From Candidatus Woesebacteria bacterium RBG_13_46_13 (lineage in GTDB: Bacteria; Patescibacteriota; Microgenomatia; UBA8517): a DNA stretch of 64,000 nt. The position numbers were made by a program, and so were the translations under genes. Positions 9,269 to 20,679 of the stretch are shown one piece after another (position 1 is the stretch's first letter; each line of letters begins with the position of its first letter). The stretch covers positions 6,170 through 70,169 of the forward strand of contig MGFR01000003.1 of NCBI GenBank assembly GCA_001791995.1, given 5' to 3'. The notes below the pieces were generated by a model. The model saw only the letters and a program-made list of their open reading frames with translations. It ran no database searches and was not told the origin of the DNA.

Positions 9269-9299
9269 ATCTATATCCTAATTAAAAAAGCTTCCGTTA

Positions 9300-9599
9300 T
9301 CAAATCTTCCTTTTGGGATAGCCGGGACAAGAGGCGGGAGTTCCAAGTGGAGTATTTTCATAAAGAGAGACGGGGGTATAACCCTTGCTGCAGCCAAGAG
9401 CTACGACTTCTTTACCGTCTTTGCGTCCGAATCTAAGCTCCAGATTTTCGCATTTGCCGCATAAGCCCTCCAGGGCCCTAAGCCTGTTGGCGTTATCCTG
9501 GGCGGCATCGCCGTGTATACGGTGATGCGGTTTGGAATAACGCGTTTGCAGGTGCCGGACGACTTCCTTTGCGGCGGCAATTCGTTTCTCTGATTCCAT
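9300..9599 (-). CDS. hypothetical protein (99 aa) with Cys-rich segment
   Basis: ORF containing CGKCENLE...GCSKGY...CPGYP. No family recognised. Confidence 0.3.
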   Translation of the reverse strand: MESEKRIAAAKEVVRHLQTRYSKPHHRIHGDAAQDNANRLRALEGLCGKCENLELRFGRKDGKEVVALGCSKGYTPVSLYENTPLGTPASCPGYPKRKI

Positions 9600-9613
9600 T
9601 ATAGGGTATTATA

Positions 9614-9787
9614 TCACGGTTTCTTGCGGGGTTCCTTTTTCTGGGGTCTGGGCATGTCGCGGCGGATATGCCATTGAAGCTCTTCCGGCAGGGCCAGAGG
9701 CCTGGGCCGTGCCACCTCGTGGCTCCCGTTTCCGTTCCCGTTGCCGTTTGTCCTGTTTTTCTTAGCAAAAGATGCTTCAGGAGTCAT
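9614..9787 (-). CDS. hypothetical small ORF (57 aa) with NGNGNGNG repeat
   Basis: Hand translation gives MTPEASFAKKNRTNGNGNGNGSHEVARPRPLALPEELQWHIRRDMPRPQKKEPRKKP. It differs from the ORF-track frame 9493..9768. Stop lies 15 nt before the next gene. Confidence 0.15.
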   Translation of the reverse strand: MTPEASFAKKNRTNGNGNGNGSHEVARPRPLALPEELQWHIRRDMPRPQKKEPRKKP

Positions 9788-9928
9788 AGAAGTAACTAAT
9801 AACAGATAACGCCGAGCTTATTCAAGGGGAAATTTTTTGTAAATTGCCCCAGTTAGTATTAGAATAAGGCCAAGCACGTTGACTTTAACCCTCTTGTCAA
9901 ATGCGACAAGAATCATCAAGGAGGTAGC

Positions 9929-10153
9929 ATGGCAGACATGGATGTAGGAATAGAATCCTCCAGGGTCGAACCGTACTATCTTGCACAGACCGCTTTGGCG
10001 GAAACGTCGGTCAGGTGCAACAGATGCGTGTACGACGGAACCAAGTTCTGCCGGATTGCCTCGGAAGAGGAGATGCGTCACGCCGTCAAACGGCTGGTTC
10101 GCTACCGTATTCCCGTACCTCCCTGCCTCAAATGGGTTGAAGGCGAAATGTGA
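9929..10153 (+). CDS. hypothetical small Cys-containing protein (74 aa)
   Basis: Near-perfect SD AAGGAGGT 6 nt upstream of ATG 9929. Contains CNRC...C...C. Convergent with the hppA 3' end. Confidence 0.35.
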   Translation: MADMDVGIESSRVEPYYLAQTALAETSVRCNRCVYDGTKFCRIASEEEMRHAVKRLVRYRIPVPPCLKWVEGEM

Positions 10154-10216
10154 AGAAAGAGTTTTAAGAGAGCCGGTTTTGGCTTCTTACCCAAGAAGAC
10201 TACCGGCTTTCTCTCT

Positions 10217-12451
10217 TTAAGAAGCTACCTCTACTGCCTTACTCTGCTTTATTGCCCAGACGAAGATGACAAGAAGAACCGCGATGGCTATCTTGGCTCC
10301 GATTGATGCCTCGTAAGCCACAATTACGGGCGCGGCGATTAAGGAAACCAGGGTAACAACTTTAATCATTGGGTTTAAGGCCGGCCCAGCGGTATCTTTT
10401 AAGGGGTCCCCCACCGTATCACCCTCAATCGAAGCGTTATGCGCATCCGAACCTTTACCTCCCAAATGTCCGTCCTCGATGTACTTCTTGGCGTTATCCA
10501 TGGCCCCACCAGCTACGGCCATAAAGACGGCCATCAGTTGCCCCGTCAGGATAACCCCGGCCAGAAAAGCTCCCAAGGCTTCGACTTTAAAGATTAGCCC
10601 GACGATTAAAGGCAGGGTTACCGCTATCGCTACCAAGCTGATCAGGTCTTTTTGGGCTGCGGCGGTGGTGATACTTACCACTTTCTCGTATTCGGGCGTG
10701 ACCGTTCCTTCCATAACTCCGGGAACTTTAAACTGGCGTCTGACTTCCTCAACTACCTTGGCGGCACCTTTGGCCACCGCTTTGATGGAGATGGAGGAGA
10801 AAAGGAAAGGAAGAGAACCTCCTACCAGAAAGCCGATTACGGTATCGATGGTTGAGACCCGGATATCCTTAAGAACGGCCAGACCGAGCCTTGCCTGGAC
10901 AATGCCGACATCGGTCACAAAAGAGAAGAAAAGGGCCGTTGCGGCAATAACTGCGGAGGCAATTGCCAGCTGTTTGGTTATTGCCTTGGTGGTGTTTCCC
11001 ACCGAATCCAACTCGGCCATAATTTTCCAGGCCTTCTTGTCCACCCCGCTCATCTCCCCGATACCGTTGGCATTATCCGCAATCGGGCCGAATGTATCCA
11101 TCGCAACATTATTTCCCGTTAAGGACAACATGCCTATACCGATCATGGCCACGCCGTAAAGCATATAGATGGGAGGCATGCCCAGATAAACCAGGTAGCT
11201 TGAAGCCAGAGCCAAGGCGACGACGATGACGCTGGCAACCGAGGATTCCATACCGACCGCGAGGCCGGAAAGGATAGTTGTGGCCGGACCGGACTTGGTT
11301 GCCTCGACAATTTCCTTGACCGGGCGCTTTTTGTACGAGGTAAAGTAGCTGGTCAAGGGGTTAAAGACCACGGCCAGAAGAATTCCGATGGTATTTAAAA
11401 GGGCCAGTTTCCATTCCCCGGCGTAGTAGAAGGCGAAAGCAAAAGCCAGGACAATGGTGGTGATACTGGAAAGCTCGTAGGAGCGGAACATTGCCTCTTC
11501 CGCGTCTTTGGCCCTAACTAGCTTCAGAGGGAAGTTTTCCCAGATAGGCACAGCCAGGGTCCCGAGAATCGAGGAAAGTACCCCAATGGCCCTGACCACC
11601 AAAGGATAGACGATCCAGAAGGTGTTGCCGGTCAGGTGGAAAAGAACCAACCCCAAAATTAAGGCCGAGACAATGGTTACCTCGTAGGATTCGAAGATAT
11701 CCGCCGCCATTCCGGCACAATCCCCAACATTATCCCCGACCAAGTCGGCTATAACACCCGCGTTTCTCGGGTCATCCTCGGGAAGGCCTTTTTCGACTTT
11801 GCCCACCAAATCTGCCCCGACATCTGCGGCTTTGGTATATATTCCCCCACCGATTCTCATAAAAAGGGCAACCAGAGTGCCTCCGAAACCGAAACCCAAA
11901 AGCGCATCCGGTGCGGCTTTACCGAAGACCATGAATATTACCGTGCCGCCCAAAAGACCCAGCCCGTCGGTCAGCATTCCGGTAAAGGTTCCGGCCCGAT
12001 AGGCAACCGTTAATGCGCCGTTATGATCACCCGCAACGGCTTTGGCGGTGACCCGGACATTGCCTTCGATTGCCACGCGCATACCAAGCTGTCCCACCAA
12101 GGTTGAGAATGTAGCTCCGACGATAAAGGCGATGGTCCGGCCGATGGCAACAATCAGCGTGGCGTTGGAGCCGAATCTGGCGATTGCTTCGGAAGAGGGA
12201 GGAACGATATAAACCGAGAGAAAAAGAACTACGGTTAAAGGGACAAGAAACAAGAGGATTGTCTTAAGTTGTTTTTTGAGATATCCCTGGGCGCCTTTCT
12301 TGATGGCGTTCCACACCGCTTGGGCTTTTTCGCTGCCTTTATCCTGGGCAATGGTTTGGCGCCAAATCCAGAAAGCATAGACAAGGGCAGTTGCTGCAAC
12401 TCCGACAACACTCCAGAGGAAAATTTGTTCCAGATAGCTTAAGTCGCTCAT
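10217..12451 (-). CDS. hppA: membrane-bound proton/sodium-translocating pyrophosphatase
   Basis: Hallmark motifs GDNVGDCAGMAAD, DNAKKYIEDG and EGDTVGDPLKDTAGPALN. 744 aa, polytopic. Confidence 0.9.
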   Translation of the reverse strand: MSDLSYLEQIFLWSVVGVAATALVYAFWIWRQTIAQDKGSEKAQAVWNAIKKGAQGYLKKQLKTILLFLVPLTVVLFLSVYIVPPSSEAIARFGSNATLIVAIGRTIAFIVGATFSTLVGQLGMRVAIEGNVRVTAKAVAGDHNGALTVAYRAGTFTGMLTDGLGLLGGTVIFMVFGKAAPDALLGFGFGGTLVALFMRIGGGIYTKAADVGADLVGKVEKGLPEDDPRNAGVIADLVGDNVGDCAGMAADIFESYEVTIVSALILGLVLFHLTGNTFWIVYPLVVRAIGVLSSILGTLAVPIWENFPLKLVRAKDAEEAMFRSYELSSITTIVLAFAFAFYYAGEWKLALLNTIGILLAVVFNPLTSYFTSYKKRPVKEIVEATKSGPATTILSGLAVGMESSVASVIVVALALASSYLVYLGMPPIYMLYGVAMIGIGMLSLTGNNVAMDTFGPIADNANGIGEMSGVDKKAWKIMAELDSVGNTTKAITKQLAIASAVIAATALFFSFVTDVGIVQARLGLAVLKDIRVSTIDTVIGFLVGGSLPFLFSSISIKAVAKGAAKVVEEVRRQFKVPGVMEGTVTPEYEKVVSITTAAAQKDLISLVAIAVTLPLIVGLIFKVEALGAFLAGVILTGQLMAVFMAVAGGAMDNAKKYIEDGHLGGKGSDAHNASIEGDTVGDPLKDTAGPALNPMIKVVTLVSLIAAPVIVAYEASIGAKIAIAVLLVIFVWAIKQSKAVEVAS

Positions 12452-12495
12452 GCAAAAATTTTATGAAAAGCGGTCAGGCTTTTCAATAGCCTGTT

Positions 12496-14475
<1,980 letters not shown>

Positions 14476-14518
14476 TTATACCTCCAAAAGAACCTAATTT
14501 AAAGCGGGAAAAAACCTT

Positions 14519-15124
14519 TCAGGAAAGATTGACAACCAAATTTGTCAGCTGCAAAGAAACGTTGCCGTTGGCTTTCAGCCGGGTCAGAGTCAGACCTCCT
14601 GCCTTCAGATACTTGGCCAAAAGAGAGTGTTTGTCCCGGGTTTTATGCAGCAGGTCATGACAGGAAAGGATAAAGCTTTCGCTAAAAGCGACTGCTTCGT
14701 CCCGATTTCTGATTTTATCCAGGATTGCCAGTTTTTCCTCGGGGGGCATTTTGATAAATTCCAGAATCTTTTTACTATCCGAAAAGCCGCTGCCTTTAAC
14801 CTCAATCGTTTGGCAGCGGGAAAGAATGGTGGGCAGCACGGCTTTTTTGCTGCGGCAGGTCAGGAGGTAATAAAGGTTTTCCTGGGGTTCTTCCAGATTT
14901 TTCAGAAAGGCATTTTGGGCGGACACGGTTGCCGTGTCGATATCTTTGACTACAATGGCCGTGGGTTTGGTCAGCTTCAGATTGGCAAAGGAGTCCAAGC
15001 TCCTCACCTGCTCGATTTTTTGCAAAGGAAACTCCATTACGGCCACTCCGAGTTTTTTTATCTGTGTTTGGATTGCTTCGTCCGTACCTTCGGGATTTTG
15101 GCCTACAAAGAGAAATGCATGCAT
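14519..15124 (-). CDS. holB: DNA polymerase III delta' subunit-like clamp-loader protein (short form)
   Basis: AFLKNLEEPQ and ILSRCQ signature boxes of the clamp-loader delta'/tau family. HAFLFVG start. Degenerate P-loop, as in delta'. Confidence 0.55.
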   Translation of the reverse strand: MHAFLFVGQNPEGTDEAIQTQIKKLGVAVMEFPLQKIEQVRSLDSFANLKLTKPTAIVVKDIDTATVSAQNAFLKNLEEPQENLYYLLTCRSKKAVLPTILSRCQTIEVKGSGFSDSKKILEFIKMPPEEKLAILDKIRNRDEAVAFSESFILSCHDLLHKTRDKHSLLAKYLKAGGLTLTRLKANGNVSLQLTNLVVNLS

Positions 15125-15168
15125 GTAATAGATTTTAGAGGGCAAAAGCCAAATGTCAAAAGTCAAAA

Positions 15169-15198
15169 TTGCGGGAATTTCCCGAATATTGTTATAAT
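15169..15198 (+). promoter_or_regulatory. sigma70-like promoter of the pilus operon (TTGCGG-17-TTATAAT); transcript likely leaderless
   Basis: -35 TTGCGG at 15169-15174, 17-18 nt spacer, -10 TATAAT at 15193-15198. The pilB ATG at 15208 lies about 10 nt after the -10 with no SD. Confidence 0.4.
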
Positions 15199-15207
15199 GA
15201 ACATACC

Positions 15208-16935
15208 ATGCCTGCTGCCCCTATTCTCCCAAATACGGACGGTGCTGTAACCCTGGCGGACATTCTTGCCCAGCAGGGAGCTTTGGATCCCGAAAGAGCC
15301 AAGCAGGTCAAACTAGCGGAAATTCAGTCCGGCAAACCCCAGGAAGAAATTATCACAGGCCAAAAGCTGGTTACCGAAGACGCTTTGGTTAAGGCCAAGG
15401 CGGTTTTTTACAACATTCCCTTTATCGATTTAGGAGCAATTCCCACCTCCCCCGAAGCCCTAAATACGATTTCTCAGGAAGTGGCCGAAAGGTTTAAGGT
15501 CTATCCCGTTTCCATCGACGCTGCAGCCAAACAGTTGATTTTGGCCATGGCCGACCCTTTAAACTTAACCGCCATCGAATTTATCGAGCAGAAAACCGGC
15601 TTAAGGGTCAAGCCCGAGGCGGCCGTTCCTTCCAAGGTCGATGAGTTTATCTCAACCCGCTATTCGACCGAACTGTCCCAGCAGGTAACGGAAGCCTTAA
15701 AGGAAGTCGAGCCGGAAGAGGAAAAGAAATCTGTCGACTTGTCCAAGACCGGCTTTATCCGGGAAGAAAAAGTCTCCGAGATAGTCAGCCACATCTTGGA
15801 TTTTGCCATGCGGGCCAGGGCTTCCGACGTGCACATTGAACCCCAGGAGAAATTAACCAGAGTACGCTATCGAATCGACGGAATTTTGCAGGAGAAGCTC
15901 ACCATCCCGAGTAATTTGCACGACTCTTTGGTTTCAAGAATCAAAATCCTGTCGGGAATTAAAATAGACGAAAAGCGAATTCCCCAGGACGGCAGATTCA
16001 ATTTTAAGGCGGGAGATAATGAAGTGGACTTGAGGGTTTCGACCCTACCCACTTCCTGGGGAGAAAAGGTAGTCATGCGGCTTTTAAAAAAGTCCGGCGG
16101 TGTACCGGAACTTATAGAATTGGGACTAAGAGGAACCTCTCTTAAGAATCTGCAGGATGCGATTTTAAGACCTCACGGAATCGTTATCATCTGCGGCCCG
16201 ACCGGTTCGGGAAAAACCACCACTCTTTATTCCCTAATTTCCAAGATCAGTACCCCCAAGGTCAATATCGTGACACTGGAGGACCCGGTGGAATATAAAA
16301 TTGCCGGGGTCAACCAGGTGCAGATTAACCCGGCGGCGGGTTTGACCTTTGCTTCGGGACTGCGTTCTTTCTTAAGACAGGACCCGAACATTATTTTGGT
16401 GGGAGAAATCCGAGACCGCGAAACCGCCGATCTGGCCATCCAGGCCTCCTTAACCGGCCACTTGGTCTTTTCCACCCTGCACACCAACGATGCCTCGGGG
16501 GCCCTCCCCAGACTATTGGATATGGGGGCGGAACCCTATCTTCTGGCTTCCTCAATGACGGCCATTGTCGCCCAGAGGGTGGTCAGGAAAATTCACGACA
16601 AATGTAAAGTCAGCTATGTCCCCGACCCCAAGATAGTTGAAGACATGAAACAGGTACTGGGACCCTTGTGGCCGGCCGGTAAAGAGACGAAACTGTATAA
16701 AGGTCAGGGTGATGCCGAGTGCGGCGATTCGGGCTATTTGGGCAGGGTGGGAATCTTTGAGGTCTTACCCATCAGCGAGAAGATCTCAAGACTGATTCTG
16801 CAGCGCTCTCCCGCCTCGGATATCGAAAAGCAGGCCAAAGAGGAAGGAATGGTAACATTAAAGCAGGACGGATATTTGAAGGCTCTCGAAGGAGTTACCT
16901 CTATCGAGGAGATTCTCAGGGTTGCCCAGGAATAG
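15208..16935 (+). CDS. pilB: type IV pilus assembly ATPase PilB (GspE family)
   Basis: GspE N-terminal domain, Walker A GPTGSGKTTTLYS, Asp box, His box, and tetra-Cys C...C...C zinc motif. The ORF-track start at 15169 overlaps the promoter, so ATG 15208 is preferred. Confidence 0.85.
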   Translation: MPAAPILPNTDGAVTLADILAQQGALDPERAKQVKLAEIQSGKPQEEIITGQKLVTEDALVKAKAVFYNIPFIDLGAIPTSPEALNTISQEVAERFKVYPVSIDAAAKQLILAMADPLNLTAIEFIEQKTGLRVKPEAAVPSKVDEFISTRYSTELSQQVTEALKEVEPEEEKKSVDLSKTGFIREEKVSEIVSHILDFAMRARASDVHIEPQEKLTRVRYRIDGILQEKLTIPSNLHDSLVSRIKILSGIKIDEKRIPQDGRFNFKAGDNEVDLRVSTLPTSWGEKVVMRLLKKSGGVPELIELGLRGTSLKNLQDAILRPHGIVIICGPTGSGKTTTLYSLISKISTPKVNIVTLEDPVEYKIAGVNQVQINPAAGLTFASGLRSFLRQDPNIILVGEIRDRETADLAIQASLTGHLVFSTLHTNDASGALPRLLDMGAEPYLLASSMTAIVAQRVVRKIHDKCKVSYVPDPKIVEDMKQVLGPLWPAGKETKLYKGQGDAECGDSGYLGRVGIFEVLPISEKISRLILQRSPASDIEKQAKEEGMVTLKQDGYLKALEGVTSIEEILRVAQE

Positions 16936-16938
16936 ATT

Positions 16939-18009
16939 ATGACTATTAAGGATTTATTGCAGCTGACGGTTGAGAAAAACGCTTCCGATTTGCATGTTGT
17001 GGCGGGGATTCCCCCGACCTTAAGAATCGACGGAGAACTTGCCCCCATTGCCAACGAGGCATTTTTGACCCCGGATGCAATCGCCGCTCATCTTAAAGAG
17101 GTCATCTCGGCCGAACAGCTGGAGCGGCTAATGGTCAATAAGGAAATCGATTTTTCCCTGGCCTTTTCGGATAAGGCCCGTTTCCGGGTTAACGCCTATA
17201 CCCAAAAAGGCTCTTTGGCAGCCGCTTTCAGGAGAATCCCCCTGATTATTCCGGAAATAGACAACCTGGGCTTGCCCAAAATACTGCACTCTTTTACCGG
17301 TCTGAGACAGGGCTTTATTCTGGTTACGGGTCCAACCGGTCACGGAAAATCAACCACTCTGGCGGCGATGATTAACGAAATCAATAAAACCCGCGCCTGC
17401 CATGTGGTCACCATCGAGGACCCCATTGAATTTGTCTTTAGAGCGGAAAAGTCGATTATCTCCCAGCGGGAGATGCGCAGCGATACCCACTCCTGGCAGG
17501 TAGCCTTAAGAAGCGTACTCCGGGAAGATCCGGATGTTGTTTTGGTGGGAGAAATGAGGGATTACGAAACAATCGCCGCGGCCCTAACCGTTGCGGAGAC
17601 CGGCCACTTGGTTTTTGCAACCCTACATACCAACTCGGCCGCTCAAACCATCGACAGAATAGTGGACGTCTTTCCCGAGGAGCAGCAATCCCAGGTGCGG
17701 CTGCAGCTTTCCAACGTTATCGAGGCGGTTTTTTCGCAAAGACTTATCCCGGCTCTCGCCGGCGGCAGAGTCGTGGGCTACGAGGTGATGTTGGGTACAA
17801 CCGCCATCAGAACCGCCATCCGGGAAGGTAAGACCCACCAGATAGACTCCATGCTGCAGACTTCACAGGAGGTCGGAATGAATACCATCGAAAACTCCCT
17901 GGCCGCACTTATCAAGGACGGAAAGATCAGCCTGGAGGTGGCCCAAAGTTATTCCTTAAGACCCGAACAGCTGACCAGACTGGTCCGTGTTCCCGAAGGA
18001 ATTAAGTAA
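16939..18009 (+). CDS. pilT: type IV pilus retraction ATPase PilT
   Basis: DLHVVAGIPPTLRIDGEL, Walker A GPTGHGKSTT, 356 aa. Confidence 0.85.
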   Translation: MTIKDLLQLTVEKNASDLHVVAGIPPTLRIDGELAPIANEAFLTPDAIAAHLKEVISAEQLERLMVNKEIDFSLAFSDKARFRVNAYTQKGSLAAAFRRIPLIIPEIDNLGLPKILHSFTGLRQGFILVTGPTGHGKSTTLAAMINEINKTRACHVVTIEDPIEFVFRAEKSIISQREMRSDTHSWQVALRSVLREDPDVVLVGEMRDYETIAAALTVAETGHLVFATLHTNSAAQTIDRIVDVFPEEQQSQVRLQLSNVIEAVFSQRLIPALAGGRVVGYEVMLGTTAIRTAIREGKTHQIDSMLQTSQEVGMNTIENSLAALIKDGKISLEVAQSYSLRPEQLTRLVRVPEGIK

Positions 18010-18012
18010 TGA

Positions 18013-19218
18013 ATGAAAAGATTTACCTACAAGGCAAAAGATAAAGAGGGCAAGGTAGTTACGGGAGAAGTAGAAGCATCTTCGGACTCGGTCGCAGCCA
18101 AACTCGTCAGACAGAAGGGCTTAACCGTGATCTCGATTAAGCCTGCCAGGGAAAATTTGCTCTCCTTTATCAGAAGATTAAGGGAGCGGATAAGCCTGAC
18201 CGACGTGTCAACCTTCACCCGACAGCTGGCCACCATGGTCAATGCCGGTCTGCCCATTACCGAGGCTTTGCTTATTTTGCGTTCCCAAACCAAGGGACCG
18301 ATGCAGAAGGTGGCTGCCCAAATCTTAACCGATGTCGAAGGCGGAGAATCCCTCTCCATTGCCCTATCCCGCCACCCCAAGGTTTTCGGGCCCACCTATA
18401 TCGCCTTGGTTAAATCCGGCGAACTCGGAGGGGTTATCGATGAGGTCTTGGCGAGGCTTGCCGATAACTTGGAGAAACAACAGGAATTTAAAGGTAAGGT
18501 CAAGGGAGCTTTAATCTACCCCGCAATAATTGTTGTCGGCATGTTTGTGGTGGGGATGGTGATGATGATTTTTGTCATTCCCCGCTTAACCTCCCTTTAC
18601 GGGGATTTTAATGCCCAGCTGCCCGCCGCTACCAAACTGTTGATAGGAATTTCCAATATCTTCCTCAAATTCTGGCCGTTTTTGATCGTTTTGCTGGTAG
18701 GCGGTATTTGGGGCTTTACCGCCTTCCGCAGAACGCCTGCCGGAAAAAGGAAAACCGATGAGCTGATCTTTAAACTTCCGATAGTGGGAGAGCTGCAGAA
18801 GGAAGTTCTTTTGGCCGAGCTGACCCGGACGCTTTCTTTAATGGTGGGATCGGGTGTATCTATTCTTGATGCCTTAAACATCTCGGCCGGAGTTGTCGGA
18901 AATGAAGTTGTGGCCAGTGCCTTAAGGGATGCATCCAAGCAGGTGGAAAAGGGTTTCCCCATCGCCTACTCTTTCTCCAAACATCCTGAGGCCTTCCCTT
19001 TTATTCTCTCCCAGATGGTGGCCGTGGGAGAGGAAACCGGAAAGATGGAAGAGGTACTGGGCAAGGTCAGTCACGTCTTTGAAGTGGAGAGCGATCAGAA
19101 AGTCAAAGCTCTAACCTCGGCGGTAGAGCCTTTGGTGATGATAATTTTAGGTCTGGGGGTGGGCTTCTTGGTTATTGCCATCATCTTGCCTATTTATAAC
19201 CTGACCAGCCAGTTTTAA
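18013..19218 (+). CDS. pilC: type IV pilus platform protein PilC (GspF family)
   Basis: Two T2SSF repeats, each with TM helices. N-terminal FTYKAKDKEGKVVTGEVEA motif typical of PilC. Confidence 0.85.
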   Translation: MKRFTYKAKDKEGKVVTGEVEASSDSVAAKLVRQKGLTVISIKPARENLLSFIRRLRERISLTDVSTFTRQLATMVNAGLPITEALLILRSQTKGPMQKVAAQILTDVEGGESLSIALSRHPKVFGPTYIALVKSGELGGVIDEVLARLADNLEKQQEFKGKVKGALIYPAIIVVGMFVVGMVMMIFVIPRLTSLYGDFNAQLPAATKLLIGISNIFLKFWPFLIVLLVGGIWGFTAFRRTPAGKRKTDELIFKLPIVGELQKEVLLAELTRTLSLMVGSGVSILDALNISAGVVGNEVVASALRDASKQVEKGFPIAYSFSKHPEAFPFILSQMVAVGEETGKMEEVLGKVSHVFEVESDQKVKALTSAVEPLVMIILGLGVGFLVIAIILPIYNLTSQF

Positions 19219-19297
19219 TGCCTTGACAGCCAATTGCTTAATAGACGATACTGGATTAGAAAGCGAGAGGGGGTGAAAAGTAATTAATACTGCTCAT

Positions 19298-19888
19298 ATG
19301 ATAAGACAAAAGGGTTTCACCTTGGTTGAACTTCTTATTGTTATTGCACTTTTGGGAGTCTTGGCAGCTGCCGTTTTGGCGGCTATCAATCCTCTCGAGC
19401 AGGCAAATAGGGCCAGAGACACCAGAGTCCGCTCCGATGCCAGCCAACTTTTGGCGGCAACCGACAGATATTTCGTTGCACAGGATAAGTTTCCCTGGGT
19501 AACCAGCGGAGACGTAACCACCAACGACGGTGCTTATGGGTTTATCAGTGCCCAGGACGACGGAGCCGGGATTTGTGCTGCGACCGGTTGTGCCGGTGCG
19601 GCCGACGACGGCTTCCTGATTACCAACAACGAGCTGAAGACGGAATTCAGAAACAGGGATTTTGTCAAAGCAACCGTAGATACGGAGATGCTCTATATCG
19701 GTAAGGCCACGGGAGCATCGTCCTCGGTCTATGCCTGTTGGGTTCCCAAGAGCAAATCGGAAAGGCAAAAATCAACAAAGACGCTTACGCTGGGAAGTAC
19801 CACATTGGGTACAACCACAACCGCGGATTGCGGAACCAGAACATATGCTGATTTGGCGACGTCCTGCGTTGTTTGCTTGCCGCAATAA
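19298..19888 (+). CDS. pilA: type IV major pilin (PilA-like)
   Basis: Class III signal MIRQKG|FTLVELLIVIALLGVLAA with Glu+5. 196 aa with a C-terminal Cys pair. Confidence 0.8.
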   Translation: MIRQKGFTLVELLIVIALLGVLAAAVLAAINPLEQANRARDTRVRSDASQLLAATDRYFVAQDKFPWVTSGDVTTNDGAYGFISAQDDGAGICAATGCAGAADDGFLITNNELKTEFRNRDFVKATVDTEMLYIGKATGASSSVYACWVPKSKSERQKSTKTLTLGSTTLGTTTTADCGTRTYADLATSCVVCLPQ

Positions 19889-19891
19889 TTC

Positions 19892-20674
19892 GTGGTTTTA
19901 ATAATATTTTTGCTGGGACTTGCATTCGGGTCCTTTGTGGGAGTTTTAACTTGGAGACTTCCGAGGGGAAAGCAATTTCTTCTCGGTCGCTCCATTTGTC
20001 CCCACTGTAAACATCAAATTGCCTGGTTTGACAATATTCCGCTTGTTTCTTTCCTGGCCTTAAAGGGAAGATGCAGACACTGTAGGGCCAGAATTTCACG
20101 GCGCTATCCGGCTGTTGAGCTTGCTTTGGGAGTGCTGTTTGTTCTTCTCTACCTTAGACTTTTATCCTGTCCGTCCCCAGAGGCGGTTTGTCTGATAAGA
20201 ACCACTTATGCTTTACCCGGAATACTCTTTTTATTTTTTATCCTGCTTCTTAATCTGGCTATTTTTGTGATCGATATCGAAAAAAGAATAATTCCCGACG
20301 AGCTGGTGTTTGCGGGTTTGGCTAGCTTAAGCATTCTTCTGGTTTTGGGTCCCCAGCATGCGTTCTATCTTCGTTTTTTCTCGGCATTTTTGGCAGCATT
20401 TTTACTGCTTACCTTAAACATTGCCACCAAAGGCAAAGGTATGGGCCTCGGGGACGTCAAATATGCCCTTTTGGGAGGTCTTTTTTTCGGCTGGCCCTTG
20501 ACCCTTGTCTGGCTTCTGACCGCTTTCTTGACAGGGGCTTTGGCCGCAATCATACTGATTTTGACGGGTAAGGCAGGTATGAAGGACAAGATTGCCTTCG
20601 GTCCTTTTATGGCAATCGCCTTAGTAATAGTGATGTTTTTCGGAGAAAGGATTTTAGGACTAATTTGGCTATGA
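19892..20674 (+). CDS. pilD: prepilin peptidase (A24 family)
   Basis: CPHC...CRHC zinc-binding motif. Polytopic, with a GTG start immediately after the pilin stop. Confidence 0.85.
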   Translation: MVLIIFLLGLAFGSFVGVLTWRLPRGKQFLLGRSICPHCKHQIAWFDNIPLVSFLALKGRCRHCRARISRRYPAVELALGVLFVLLYLRLLSCPSPEAVCLIRTTYALPGILFLFFILLLNLAIFVIDIEKRIIPDELVFAGLASLSILLVLGPQHAFYLRFFSAFLAAFLLLTLNIATKGKGMGLGDVKYALLGGLFFGWPLTLVWLLTAFLTGALAAIILILTGKAGMKDKIAFGPFMAIALVIVMFFGERILGLIWL

Positions 20675-20679
20675 GAAAA

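Noticed and set aside
9493-9768. 91-aa minus-strand ORF in the ORF track
   Set aside because: Arg/Pro/Gly-rich translation of a GC-rich stretch. An alternative frame (9614..9787) and the flanking genes make it unlikely. Neither is strongly supported.
10479-11159. 226-aa plus-strand ORF
   Set aside because: Antisense to hppA, which has unambiguous pyrophosphatase motifs. Ala/Thr/Pro-rich translation typical of a GC-rich antisense frame.
19219-19297. Possible sigma54 (-24/-12) promoter upstream of pilA
   Set aside because: TGG...GC elements are present but the spacing is 8 nt rather than 10. No EBP/PilR gene is nearby, so this is not supported.
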